Assembly (NCBI RefSeq): GCF_009914755.1
Contig: NC_060926.1
DNA: 64,000 nucleotides
Strand: one strand, 5' to 3'
From: the human T2T-CHM13v2.0 reference genome, Homo sapiens
Of this stretch, positions 39,784 to 55,494 are shown piece after piece (the first letter of the stretch is position 1; each line of letters begins with the position of its first letter). The position numbers were made by a program, and so were the translations under genes. Below the pieces are notes generated by a model. That model had not been told where the DNA came from. It searched no databases and saw nothing but the letters and a program-made list of their open reading frames with translations.

Positions 39784-42083
39784 AGGGTGGCATTTATTTG
39801 CTGTTGATACAAAGGTTGCCAAAAAAGCTCATTCTGGCTTCTGGGAGGCTACCTAAAGAGTGAGTGATTGATTGGTAAGATCTGCCACTGGTACAAAGAT
39901 GGGGCTTGTGCCCATCCTCATTTAGATTCAGATCTTGGAGGCAGAAGCTCCTGAAGGGCACATCAAGGTTAGCCCTACCTTCACATAGACTTACAGGTTT
40001 CCCTTGGGCAGATGAAGTAGCCAAGACTTACGTTGCCTCTTTGGAGCCCTCAGTCCAAGCCAAGACTGAGTATAGGCCTTGAATTTTCATTCATTTCTTA
40101 GCATGAAATCCCTGTGATTTGAGGGGATCTGACAAACTGTTCTCTGTTATCTCTGTTGTTACTCTACAAAATATTCTTTTTAAAAGACATTTATAAATCA
40201 ACAATTATAGTTATTTTAAGACACCAGGGTTAGAAACTGATAACTCAAACAAAAGTAAGCAGAGGCATAGATAATTTGACTAATATAATAACAAGCTCAT
40301 GCTATTAGAATTATGTAGAACACTATGCACAGCAATAGAGAATACATTTTCTTTTGGAGCATGCAAAAAACATTTGTAAAAAGTGGCCACATACCAGGCT
40401 GCAAAGGAAGCCTCAATAAATTCCAAGGAATGATAATTATGCAGATTATGTTCTTTGAACATAACACTAGAAGACTAAAAGTTACCTATAAAAATCCCAT
40501 CTGAATAAAATTAAAAAATGAAAAATCTCATATGTCTGGAAATCAAATAATATTACTAAGAAACTCTTCAATTAAAAGGGAGGCTTACTTGTTAAATTCC
40601 TAATGAGTATAAGATAAATTAGTAAAAATAAATAATAATTAACGCTAAATGACAGTAAGAATCCTTCCTATCCAAATAAGCAGGACATAGCTAAAACAGT
40701 TGTCAGAGAAGAATCTATTGCTTTAAATCTACTTTTCTGGGAATAAAAAAGTTAATATCAAGTGAGTTAAGAATTCTACCCAAAAGGTTTGAAAAGAATA
40801 ACAGAACAAATCAAAGTACACAAGAAGGAAAGAAATAATAAATATAAGGACAAGAATCAGTGAAGAATGAACAAATAAATACAAGCAATAGACAAATTAG
40901 ACAAACACAACTTTTTGGAAATATAAACAGCAGGAACTATCTTACTAATAATTCATAGTTAATGAATATGTGAATCAATAAAGACTAATCAGCAAAAAGA
41001 TTAATAAACAAGATACTGATGGAAAAGGGAGAAACAGCTATACAATACAGCTGGTAAGATAACTAAATTATGAATAACTTCATCCTGCTAAATTTGGAAA
41101 CCTTATATGAAATGAAAATATTTAGAGAACATGATTAAATGCCTATATTGGTAAAAGAAGCAATAGAAAACTTAAATAAACCAATAGGCACCAGAACAAA
41201 GACCTCCACTCCAAAAAGGCACCTGGCCCAGACAGTTTTACAGTAAAATTCTAGCAATCTCAAGTTAGAAAATAGAGAAATAACAAAAACTACCACTCAT
41301 TTTTGAGCTGAACATAACATTTGTTCCACAATTAGATAAGGATAAGAATAGAAAATTACTGACCACTTTTGCTTATGATTCCAGATACCAAAACCCTAAA
41401 AAAATTGTTGTAGCTTATTAAATGTTAATATTAAGAGTATTAATTTATTGTCATTTGATAAGTTTGTTCAGAAGTAAAAGGATGGTTTAACATAATTCAC
41501 CACATTAATACACAAAAAGAAAAAATCACATAATTATGTCAGTAAATGTAGAAAATATTTAATAAAGTTAAATACCTATTTATATTGAAAAACCTAGAGC
41601 ACAAATCATACTTAATGGAGAAAGATGTATTACATTTTAAGACTAGTAGTAGGACAAGGATACCCATTACCCCCCACTATTGTTAGCATAACACTGGACT
41701 TTCTAGACAACTGTAAATGAAGAACAAAAAGAGATAGGAATTAAAGGGGAAGGAATGAAACTATCATTATTTGCAGATAATGTGATAATCTACATAGCAA
41801 AAACAACAGATCATACTATTAGAGTTAAGCAAGGTTGCCAGATGCAAGATCAGCTTATGTATTGCAACAGAATTTCTCAATACCAGCAAAAACTGATTAG
41901 AAAATATAGTTAAAAAATAATATTCATGGAAGCAACAAAAACTATTAAATATTTAGGAAATAAACAAGATCTCTATAGGTAAAATATTAAAAATTAAAAG
42001 CTATAAAAAGCATGAATAAATGGAGTAATTTTTACATATTTTAATCAGATGACAATATAAAGTTGTGTTAATTCTCCCTCAAT

Positions 42084-42379
42084 TTTTTTTTTTTTTTGAG
42101 ACAGAGTCTTGCTCTATTGCCCAGGCTGGAGTCCAGTGGCGTGATCTTGGCTCACTGCAACCTCCTCCTCCTGGGTTCAAGTGACTCTTGTGCCTCAGCC
42201 TCCTGAGTAGCTGGGATTACAGATGTGCACTACCACGCCTGGCTAATTTTTCTATTTTTAGCAGAGATGGGGTATCACCATGTTGGCCAAGCTGGTCTCA
42301 AACTTCTGACCTCAAGTGATCTGCCTGCCTTGGCCTCCCAAAGTGCTGGGATTACAGGTGTGAGCCACTGCGCCTGGCC
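42084..42379 (-). mobile_element. AluSx/Sz-like SINE
   Basis: Antisense Alu dimer. Confidence 0.95.
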
Positions 42380-42702
42380 ACAGTTCTCCCCAAATTAACT
42401 TATAATTTCAAGGCAATCTTAACAAAATTCCAGTAGGATTTTTTTAAGGAGCTTGATGATGTGTTTTAGAAGTTGTATGGAAGATTAAGAGGTTCATGAA
42501 TAACAACTTTGAGAAAGGAAAACACAGAGGAAACTTGCCCTATCAGATGTTAAGACATATTGTGTCAAGATATTAAGACATAGCCTTATTGTGGCAAAAT
42601 ACAAATAGAACAGAGTAACAGAGTAGAGCACTCAGTTGACAGACCCATGTGTGTAAGGAATTTAACAAATGATAAAGATGACCTACTAAGGGAATTGGAT
42701 CC

Positions 42703-43265
42703 TGTGGCAGATTCCCTTCCCAAAGAGGATTGCAGCATTATCTCCCTCCCACGTGTGCTTCTTTACAAAGTGACTTTGAGCCCTTCCTGTTAGAGGTGAA
42801 ATGTATGTTTCCTCGCCCTGATTCTGGGCAGGTTTGTGATGACAGTGGAAGTCATGCTAAATGATTTCTGAAGCTATATATAAAGCTAATATAGCCTAAG
42901 CAAGTGTTACTAAGGTTTTATAAAGTCATACAGCCTTTGAATTTTTCTTTATCTTGGAACTCAGCCATCATAATGTGAAGAAGCCGAAGCAGCCTGTGAA
43001 GAGGCGCTAGTGGAAAGGAACTCAGGTGCCCCTGCCCTCAGTCCCAGCTGAACTCTCAGCTGACAGCCATCACCAACTTGCCAGCCACAGGAGTGAGCCA
43101 ACTTGAGAGTGGATCTTTCAGTCCCAGTGGAGCCATCTCAGCTGACACACCATGGTAAAAAGATGAACCATCCTTGCTGATCCTTGCCAGTGCTGCAGAT
43201 ACATAAGCAAAATAAATGTTTTTGTTGTTTTAAGCCACTATATTTTGGAGTGTTTTGTTATACTG
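42703..43265 (+). mobile_element. MLT1 (F/G-like) solo LTR
   Basis: tgtggcaga..gacagccatcaccaacttgccagcca..gagtgagcca..aataaatgtttttgttgttttaagccacta. Confidence 0.75.
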
Positions 43266-43769
43266 GTGTGTTAAACAGGCCTCTATGTCACACCATATAC
43301 ATATATTGGCTCTAAATGTTAAAGATAATACATACAGTTTGTGGAATATTATATAATAGACTATCTTTGTAACATAGAAGTGGGGAAGGATTTCTTAAGC
43401 AAAATCCCAAATACACAAATTATGTGCCCAAAATGGATGACTTTGATTAAATAGGAGGTAAGCAATTTTGCCCAATGAGAAATTGATAAAATGAACAGAA
43501 AGATAATTGTTTGGGAGACTATAGTTGTAAATATCAACAATCTAATATTTGGAATTTACAAGGAACTGTTGCAAATCAACAAGAAAAAAACAGCAGCCCC
43601 TATGAAAAAGCAATCAAAGACTAAAAACTTTCAGTTTACAAGGAAGCTCATATGACTAAAAAGCATATGAAGAAAGTATGCAAACTCACAAATGAGTAGA
43701 AAAACAGAAATAAGAATATCAAGATTTTATGTTACACCTAGCAGAGTGGCAGAACTTGGAGAGTAGAGG

Positions 43770-44237
43770 ATATTAGTTTCCTAGGGTTGCCATAGCAAAG
43801 TACCAAACACTAGGTGGCTAAAAGTACAGGAACTTATTTTCTTACAGTTTTGGAGGCTAGAAATTCAAAATCGAGGTGTCAGCAGGGTTGGGGTCTTTTA
43901 AGAGGTGTGGGAGAGAATCTGTTCCAGGCTTCTCTCCTAGCTTATGGTGTTTTGCTGATGATCTTTGGCCTTCCTTGGCTTGTAGATGCCTCACCCCAGT
44001 CTCTGCCTTCATCTTCACATGATATTCTCCTGTGTCTGTCCATATGGTCTTCCCTCTATACGTGACTGTCTTTGCATCCAAATATTTTCCTTTCTACAAG
44101 GACACCAGTCATGTTGGATTAGGACCCTCCCTAATGACCTCAACTTGACTGCATTTTCAAACATGATCACATTCTGAGCTACTGGGAGTTATGACTTTAA
44201 CGTATCTTTCTTGGGGGACATATTTCAATCCATAACA
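43770..44237 (-). mobile_element. MLT1B/C-like solo LTR
   Basis: tattagtttcctagggttgccatagcaaagtacca..aggacaccagtcatgttggattaggaccctccctaatgacctc..tcaatccataaca. Confidence 0.85.
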
Positions 44238-44408
44238 CTGAGTATTGTGCGACGTTGGTGGGGATGTGAGCCTTCAAAACCCTCAGGCTATGCTGGTGGC
44301 AGGGAGAATGGGAGCAGCCTGGCAGTACTCAGTGAAGCCAAGTATACTGACACCACATGACGCAGCTTTCCTGATCCTGGGAATACATGCTGGAGAATTT
44401 CCCATATA

Positions 44409-44548
44409 GTTTTTTTTTTTGTTTCATTTTTTGGTATTTTTAGTAGAGATGGGGTTTGTCCAGGCTGGTCTCAATCTCCTGAGCTCAAGTGATCCGCTTG
44501 CCCTGGCCTCCCAAAGTGCTGGGATTACAGCTGTGAGTATACCGCTCC
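44409..44548 (-). mobile_element. Alu left-arm monomer (FLAM_C-like)
   Basis: Single antisense Alu arm. Confidence 0.8.
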
Positions 44549-45076
44549 CATCATAGCCTCCCATACAGATTCATAAGTGACATATATGGGAAGATAATCA
44601 CAGCATTGTTTGTGGTAGTGAGGAGTTGGGAACATTCTAGTTGTCCATTCTTGGGGGGCTGGATATGTTAAATCTGGTGGGTACAGAATATGGAACAGTA
44701 TGCAGCATCTAGGAGAAATGACTAGATGCATGTGTGGCAATATGGATAGATCTCAAAAACATCATGCTAGGTGAAAAAAGGAAGAGACCGGATGATACCT
44801 AAAACATGAGAACATAACCTTTCTATACATTAAAATATATGCATACAAGACAATAGTCAAAGCACATATACAGATAAGCACAATACAATGCTTGTCAACT
44901 GTGGGGAGAGAAACTGGGCTGTAGAATGGAGATGAAAGAGAATTAGTAAAAAGCGGGGCATGTGGAGTTGTGTTTTGACTTCAAACAGTAATGTCTCATG
45001 AACAGAAGAATTTGTTCAAATCAACCCTGAGTCCTGAAACACACAAACGCTTACCCATGAAATACTCCACTTCCAT

Positions 45077-45380
<304 letters not shown>

Positions 45381-45425
45381 TGAAAATACTTTTATCCTGT
45401 GAGAGTTTTAAGATCTTAAGGTTGG

Positions 45426-45479
45426 TGGAATGGGACATCAGTTTTGCAACGTTAAGAATTAAAAAAGAAAAAAAAAAAG
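45426..45479 (+). mobile_element. Tiny poly(A)-tailed retroposed insertion of unknown source
   Basis: About 35 unique nt plus an A tail, between perfect 15-bp direct repeats agatcttaaggttgg (45411-45425 and 45480-45494). Confidence 0.7.
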
Positions 45480-45940
45480 AGATCTTAAGGTTGGAAGAGA
45501 CCTTCCCTTCAACAGCCCTGTCTTGCCCTGCACTGCTTGTTGAGAGAGATACAAGAGAAGCAAGATGTACTTCCCATCCTCAGGATGATTCATCTAAATG
45601 GGGAGAAAACATGCTCAAGAAACAATTCTGTGATGACGCAAGTCAGCACGCAGCTCAGCAAAGGGAGAGGGACTGGGGAAGAGCAGAATGTCTGTTCAAG
45701 ATAAAAATAGGTAGATGGAATGTATTGACTTCAGAAGAATTTGCTTAAGTACAAAGGACTCCCCAGGCCCTCAGCTTGCTGCCCACTGCCAGAAGCCACA
45801 AATTTCATCTGTTTCTACCAGGAAGCTCTGAGGGAGCTGTGACCTGCCGATGGTGAAGAGGCTTTGCAGGAGGGTGGGCTCACCTCCCAGCTTCAATCAG
45901 ATTACTTTTATACCTAGGGCTCCAGATTAAGATTTTCCTT

Positions 45941-46252
<312 letters not shown>

Positions 46253-46777
46253 CTATGTTGAAAAGTTTGAGAACCACAGATCTACAGGACAAAGTCCTAG
46301 TGTTGCAGCGGGGTCTTCTGGGCCCTCCCCTCCTCCCAGTCTGGCTCTCGCTGACCTCTTGGACTTCCTCAGATCCCAGGCACTGCCATTTTATGAATAC
46401 CTCCTCACTCTCTTGTGCCTCTGTCTGCTGAGTGAATTCCTCATCTCCCTCAAGCTTTATCTCCAGCATCTTTTCCTCTTTGGACTCTCTCCTCATCCAT
46501 CACCTTCCCCTACCTAGAGCTGATACCCCGCTCCTTTATTAAAGCATTCACCACACCCTGTGCTGCAACTTTCTTGCCAGCCAGCTATGAGCATCCTAGA
46601 GACCAGCCACACCCTTCTCCATCTTTTTCGCCTCAGCAACCAGCATAGTGCCTGGCACTTAATTTGCGAAGGCATTGTGTGAATTGCTACATGTTTGTTT
46701 TTCCGAGTTCCCGTATTCACTTGCATAAAAACATATGACACTTATTTATTCATTTTTATTTTTTACAAAAGTTTATT

Positions 46778-47076
<299 letters not shown>

Positions 47077-47383
47077 AAGTTTATTCTTAAATGTGCAATA
47101 GGCTCCAAGACAACTCTTTATTCTAGTTATATGTGGTAAAAGATATTATGGTAGAGAATCCAGATGTTTAAATAGGAATGGAATTGAGGGTCATCATCAT
47201 CTCAGGCACAAGGAGCAGCTTATTTGCCAGATTTCTTTTTTTCCCATTATAATACTTCTAAAAAAATTGGCACATTGTACATATTTATGGGAACAGTTTG
47301 ATGTTTCCATACATGTGTATGTTGTATAATGATTAAACTAGGGCATTTGGCATATTCATCACCTCATATATTTGTAATTTCTT

Positions 47384-47680
<297 letters not shown>

Positions 47681-47728
47681 CATTTGTAATTTCTTTGTGG
47701 TGAGAACATTTAAAATCCTTGCTTCTAG

Positions 47729-48046
<318 letters not shown>

Positions 48047-48569
48047 CTTCTAGCTATTTTCTAATATGTAATACCTTACTGTTAACCATGATCACCCTAG
48101 TGTGCAATAGAACAACAGAATTTATTCCATCTTTCTAATTGTAACTTTGTACCCATTGACCAACCTCTCCCCATCCTCCCTTCTCCCCTTCTCTTCCCAG
48201 TCATAACCACTGTTCTGTTCTCTGTTTCTATGACATTAACTATTTTTTTTTTTTTAGAGCCCACATATGAGTGAGATCATACAGTGTTTGCCTTTCTGTG
48301 CCTGGCTTATTTCACTTAACATGATGTCTTCCATTTCAACATTCTGTGGAAAATGACAGGATTTCATTCTTTTCTATGGTTGAATAATATTCCGTTGTGT
48401 ATATTTGCCACATTTTCCTTTTCCATTCATCCACTGATGGATACTTGGTTGATTTTATATGCTGCCTATTGTGAGAAGTTCTGCAATAAAAATGAGAGTG
48501 CAGGTATCTCTCCAACATACTGATTTCATTTCCTTTGGATATATACCCAGTAGTGGAATTGCTGGTTCA

Positions 48570-48821
<252 letters not shown>

Positions 48822-48847
48822 TTAAAATGGGGCGCTCTCTATCTAGC

Positions 48848-49044
48848 ATGGGGGTTAGTAAACTATGGCCTGTGGGCCAGATCCAGTCTGTGATCTGTTT
48901 TAGCCCACAGATTAAGAATGGTTTTTATATTTTTAAAGAGATAACAAATAAAAACTAAGAAAATTATGGGACAGAGACCTGTATGTGGCTTGCAAAGCCT
49001 AAAATATTTATCTGACCCTTTACAGAAAAAAATTGCCAACCCAG
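48848..49044 (-). mobile_element. MER58A DNA transposon fossil
   Basis: ggggttagtaaactatggcctgtgggcc..gcaaagcctaaaatatttatctgaccctttacagaaaaaaattgccaaccc, with degenerate TIRs. Confidence 0.85.
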
Positions 49045-49129
49045 GGGACACTATCAGAGGACACTATGAAAAGTCATGGGATTCCATAGGCTGTGAGGAG
49101 TGGATTTGCACTAGTTAACACTAGCTGAC

Positions 49130-49300
49130 ACTTAGCTAACATAATCAATTTTTTTTATGTGCCAGCTGCTGTTCTAAGGACTTTACATATGTTAACTCGT
49201 TTAATTCTCCTCCAAACCCTGAAAGATAGGCATTATTGTTAGTCTTATTTTATAAATGAGGAAACAGAGATACAGAACATTTGATGTGGTTAAGGTCCCA
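49130..49300 (-). mobile_element. MIR fragment
   Basis: tatgtgccag..ctaaggactttacatatgttaactcgtttaattctc..ttttataaatgaggaaacagag. Confidence 0.75.
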
Positions 49301-50228
49301 CAGTGGCTTTCTTTCTGATGGATTTGAGACGCAGCGGGCCATGGTGGTTGAGAACAATGGGCTCTTGTGCCACTCTGCCTAGTTTCAGTCCTGGCTCCAC
49401 GATTTAAATGAGTCTCTACTTAAAGTGCTTACCTTAGTGCCTGGTATAGCATGGGAACTAGGTAAGTATTCCCTAGTATTATTGGGGTGCTGCAAAGTCA
49501 CATTCACAAATAGCTTCTGTTATTATAATGGAATAGAGAAGATCACTCACTAGAACTGGAGAAAAACAGTCAGATTGGGAGAACTATGTTTCCTAGCGCA
49601 CTGTGCATGATGAGGGCAGTCATGGATAGAGAGTGTGGTGTTGACATAAAGGTGTGTGAATTGAATGAGGGAGCAGAATGGTGATGTAGGATGTGTGTGT
49701 GTGTGCGCGTGTGTGCATGTGTGCGTGTGTATATGAATGTGGGGGGACAGTGAGGGAATGTGAGAGAAACGTTTGTGTGTTTAGCTATTATCGTAAGTAT
49801 AAAACTTTGGAGACAGAATGAGAATGTCTAAGGAGGGTTGTTGATTGGGAAGGTTTTGGGGTAAAACACTTGCATAAAACTTTATAAGAAAACCCCAAGA
49901 CTGATACTGTTTTTCAAAGCTTCTGAAATGTTATACATGTTTTCTTTGAACACATCTTTGAGAGTGGATCACTCAGAGGCCAGGATTTATATGGATTATG
50001 TTGTGTATTGACTGAACACAGGAACTAGTATTGGCCTCTCCACCCGTGATCCTAGAAAGTGATTTTTCGCCCAGGAAATTGACAGGCATGTCTGAAAACA
50101 TTCTAGAAACAGATGGCTGAGAGCAAACTAGAAGAGCTCTATGAACTAGAGTGCCTCTAGAACCGCTGCCGTAGGTCAAAGGTGCTGGGAACATTTAAAA
50201 ATCTCTGAGATGAGTCCCAGGCATCTGG

Positions 50229-50435
50229 TGGTGGTGGTGGAACTGGCTTGTACCACCTTGGAGGAGCCAATTGTGCCTAGATATTCCCAACTCCATTGTT
50301 CAGCAACATCCATTTGGTAGCTTGAAATTGGCCATGATAAAGGTATTTACATTATAGAAATTGACAAATGCTACACATCAGAGTTTTGTTCCCTCACTTG
50401 GGGCTGGTTGTTAAATATTTACCAGTGCACCACCA
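50229..50435 (+). mobile_element. MER63A-like (hAT-Blackjack) DNA transposon fossil
   Basis: ggcttgtaccaccttggaggagccaattgtg..ttggtagcttgaaattggccatg..ggttgttaaatatttaccag. Confidence 0.75.
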
Positions 50436-53400
50436 CAGACATCAGGCTTACCTCTCTTATCAGTTCCAAAATCCTAAGAATAAAAGGAGCATGGTAACAA
50501 GAGCAGAATCACTAGGAGAAGAAACTTATTTTAGTGGTAACATTTTATTTTTAACAGGATAAATAGCAGTTCTTAGTTTTGAGAGGCTTTTTCAATGCTA
50601 ATTGATCTAATTTTGTCCTATTTTGACATCAGACATTCTAGGGAAACATGGTGGATGTAAAATGATTGGGTTATGTTTAAACGGTATGTGTGTGTGAGTG
50701 TGTGTGTGTGTGTGTGAGAGAGAGAGGGAGGAGACGGAGGGAGGAAGGATGTTTGTGTGGTGGGTGGGTAAGAGTTTTGAGCAGATGCAAGACAAAGAAC
50801 ATAGTATGTGTTGCACGAAATATAACATATTTTAAGATAGTTATATGAAATATGTATATATATTTTTTGGTCAATTGTTTCGTTCAGGTTTTTCTTTGTT
50901 TTCTGGTCTTTTTTATAATTGTGCATTGACTTATTGTCTTTTCACTAGGATATTACAGAGAGAGAAGTGGATTTTTAAAAGTATATTTATTTAATGCAAG
51001 TCATACCCTAGGAGAATAAAAGATTACTGAGTCATTGTCCATGCAAAGTTGAGTATTATGTTGAGATTTTGAGTTTTCAACAATAGCTAATTTTCAGTGA
51101 AGAGATTATGCTGTAAAATTGAAATGAGTTTGGAAAGGAGTCAGTTAAAGTTTCACACAGTTATGATGTAGAAGTTTGTTATTATCAGTGGTTAACGCTA
51201 ATTAACACAAGAATGTGATTTCAGATGACATTGAAGGGGTATGTAAGTGCCTTTTTTGTGTCTCTTACTGTTTATGGAAGAACCAACTCTTGTGGAAAAT
51301 GTAGACTTTGCAGCCATTGGAATATAATTATATGTGTTTTGTTTGTTTTTATAGAACAGATGCAAGACAAAGAACATAGTATGAGATATTGGAATGTAAT
51401 TTCAAAACATATGTTTCCAAAATTATGGAAACGTTCTGGATGGTAAATAAATCCTTTCAGTCTCAGAGGGTACAGGCTGCAAGGCTGAGGGAGAGCTGAG
51501 TGTTGGATGGGGAAGAACGTGGTTTAAGTAACAGGCTGAATAGTAAGCACATCAAAGCCATTAAAGCATAAACCCCCAGATTTAAAAACGTGAGAGGCGA
51601 AAGATTATGTAGCATGGTCTGGCGGCTTTATAGAACCCGTTTCAAATGAGGTATAGAACAAAAGAATGTGTGATTGAAGCTCTTGAAGAGATTTATTTCA
51701 GGAGAGAGGCAAACATTTTGCTCTGATACCAATTAACCAGGAGAAAGCACCACGTCATAAATGCCAATATTAAAAATGTAAATCCTACACCCGAGGGTGT
51801 ATTGAAGACAGGTCAAAATTCTTTGAAGATGGAATGCATAAAGAGATAACAGGAAGAGAGCCTTCCAGCTGCTCAGGCTACCTGTTTAGTTCTGTGTCCT
51901 GTCTGCTGATGAGATTTTCCACGGGGAAGCGGGCTCTTGTTTGGGGTGGTTTGGCTACTTGACCTATTATGCGGGATTTAGATCTCCTTCAAGAGAATTT
52001 ATTATGGGAACTCTAGAAGATCTTGTTTATAATACTCCTTTATCTGTAATGACTTGGAGATGTTCCAGGGTTTTTCTAGCATAGTTTGGATAGCATAGTT
52101 CACATAATGGATGTGTAAAGGTATTTACAAAATGCAGAGTGAAAACCATCAAGTGCTATGTATAGCACTTTTATGCCTTTTAAAGTATGTTTACTTCCAT
52201 TAACTTGGTTGTTCCTCTCCATAATTCTGTGCAAAAGGAAAGGCATACAGAGTCATAGTCTTTAGAGCTTGGGATGAATTTAGGATGATTTAACCCAGCC
52301 CTTTCATAGTAGAAAAGAGGCCCAGGGAAGTTGAGAGATTTCATCCCCATTAGCCTCTTGGGGAAACTAAGCAAGGAGAGATTTAAGCTTCTTGGCCACC
52401 AAAAGCATTGCATGTTGAATCCTGGATTTCTGTCATTGGTAATAAGGCAGCCCAGTCTTCTGGGAAAGGAAATACACAAAAAAGTCAAACAAAAAGGTTG
52501 TCTGGAATAGAGATGTCTGTTGCTACAAAAATATTCAACTTCTTGTCACTGAACCAGGATAATAAATCTCTTTACCTTCTGTATTTTGGTGCATTGAAAC
52601 ATTATCTTTTATGATCATAGGTGTTGCTTCATTATTTAAAGCATACTTGTTATTGCAGGAAAGACAAGCTTGCATTTGATTTATAATGGAACCATTGTGC
52701 TTTGAGTTAAATGAAAGTTCAAAGGAAAATGAATTCTAAATAAGAATAATTGAAGAGATTCAAGGTTCATTTGAGTTTATATTCATCAAGGCAATTGTCT
52801 CCGAAATCCTCTTATTTAAAGCAACAGGACAGATCGTAACTTACAAACTTCGCCTTTATGACATCACTTCATTCTATATATCATAATCAGAAATGTTAAG
52901 CCTCAGCAGTAATTTATACAAAATGTATTGTTACAGAGTTATAAATGTCATTAAGTGGTAGACTTATGCCTCAGTGTCATGCAAGTTGAATCTTGGATTT
53001 AAAAAAATTACCCATAATGCAAGTATTCTATAAAAATATTCTTAGTACTCTCTCCTCCACTGCAGCCTCATATTAAAAGTTCAGTTCCATTTTCCACCTG
53101 TACTCTGCTCTGGGAAGTGCAACCTTTATTTCTCCTTCATGTTTTTAAAGTCACCTTCTTAATTCTGGTAGAACATAACTCAAACAACTGAAAATGTTAG
53201 GAATGGATTTACAGTCCCTCTGGCTACTCTCTATCTGGGATGGAAAAGAAAGTGAAGCTGGAGATAACTTTTCCTGCCATCAAGGGACATCTATAGAGGA
53301 GAGGCAATTAATTGTAATGTGCCAACTAGTTTTGATTATTCAGGGACTTGTGATGGAATTTGTGGATTATTCAGGTCCCTGGTTTTCTGTTTTGGCTAAT

Positions 53401-54844
53401 TTCACTGCTCAGTGGCACCTCCAGAGGTCAGGGACAGCTATTCTCCTATGGAGTGTCCCCAGAGAGACAGTGGCAAAGGAACCACCCCCTTTTGAGCAAC
53501 TACTCTGTGTCAGACACAGGGAGGATTTTTTTTTAACATTTGTAGTCTTTCATTAATTTCACAACAAACCTCCATTCTATTTTACAGACAGTAAAAACTC
53601 AGTGTAATTCATTCATTTCTCAAATCTCTATCAAGTGTATTCTGTGTGCTAGTCCCTGGGATAAAACAGTGAATGAAAGAGATGGGTCCCGGCTTTCTCT
53701 GAGCTTAGGATGCAGGAAGGAAAAAAAATAAAGTAGACAAATCATCAAATATATAAAATATAAAATTACAAACAGTGATATATGTAATGAATGAAAATTT
53801 TAAGGGATCACAAAATTTGTAAACAGGGGATCTGATCCAGTTGTGGAGTCAGAGATGGCGTCCCTGAGGGCATAAGCCTCTGCACTGGTGATTGAAGAAT
53901 GGAATAGAAGCTGTCAAAGCTTGCACGGCGAGCCCACAGCAGAGCTGGGATTCAAACTCAGGTCTGCCTGACACCAGACTCTCTCTGTATTGCACTACTA
54001 CAGACAGTTGAAACTATGCCCTGACAGGGAGACCTTTGACTCCCAGCCCCTAGCCCTGCTCCACCAGCTGCCCCAGAGATGCCGTGTCCGTGGGAGTTGG
54101 TGATGGTGGATTGGAAGCTGAAGAGCTCCTGTGGTTTCTCAGCAAGTTTAACTGGCAATATGAAGGAGCCCTCACTCTCTGTGCATTCTTTCCATTTTCT
54201 TCATGGTTCTGTCTAGATTGGATTTCGGCACTGGCAGGAGGGGTGTCCTTCTGGCATGACTCCTGATGGGGTTGTGTGGCTAATTTCAAACATTGGGAGG
54301 GGCTTGATTAATGACCAGCCCAAACCAGAGTTCAGAAACATTGCCTGGAGCCTCTGTAAAACTCCCCAGATCCTGCCTCCTTGTCTACCTCCCTTTACTC
54401 AACCCTGCCTCCCCTGATCTAAAGCCATCTTAGAGATTGGCTACCTGCCTGAAAAACTCCCTGACCTGCTGAGGAACTGCAGCAGGGAGTCCTGTTAGCA
54501 GCTGTGGGAGGGTTGGAGTCTGACCAGAACATTCCTCGCTCATGTTTCCACCCACTCCGTGTCTGCAGGGTGAAATGCCCCATTGGATGCGGTGGCCACC
54601 CCAGAGCTGCACCTTCTAGCTGGATACAGGGATAGGAGTGGTTGGGATTGAAGGTGAGAAGTCTGGGAAATGAACCATTTTCTTAGGTCTTCTGCTGATT
54701 TCCACCCCTCTGACTAATTATATAGCAGGGGCAGTGATTTACCAAAAGGAGGCATTGTATGACTTTTTAAGGACATCTTTCCAAAAAAACAAGCAAAAAT
54801 TCTCCCCCAAGCAAAACCAACCGCCCCCCCCCAAAAAAACCTAA

Positions 54845-55216
<372 letters not shown>

Positions 55217-55494
55217 TGTGACTTACTTTTTTGAGTTACACAACATTACTTTCTTGCTTCAATGTTTTTGTGCAAATGCACGCCGTCTGGGGAGAAGCAA
55301 ATTTCTTGAAATTGAAACCACCGAAATGTGAATGAATTTATCATATCCCTTGTTTGTATCTGGTGAACGGGTAGCTAGAGGGCCTGAGGTATCTTGGGGA
55401 ACAGGTCGTTGAAGTGGGTACAGGACGGGGCAGTCACTTTAATCGCTGGTCCGAGCTCCCCAGCCTCCCTTTTGCAAAAAGCAAAAATACGTTA

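Larger units (their letters stand above)
40240..44900 (+). mobile_element. Decayed L1M LINE (ORF2 to 3'UTR) with nested Alu and MLT1 insertions
   Basis: L1 ORF2-like segments ggcccagacagttttacag, gacaaggatacccattac..actattgttagcata, actatcattatttgcagataatgtgata and acttgccctatcagatgttaagacatatt. Confidence 0.8.
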
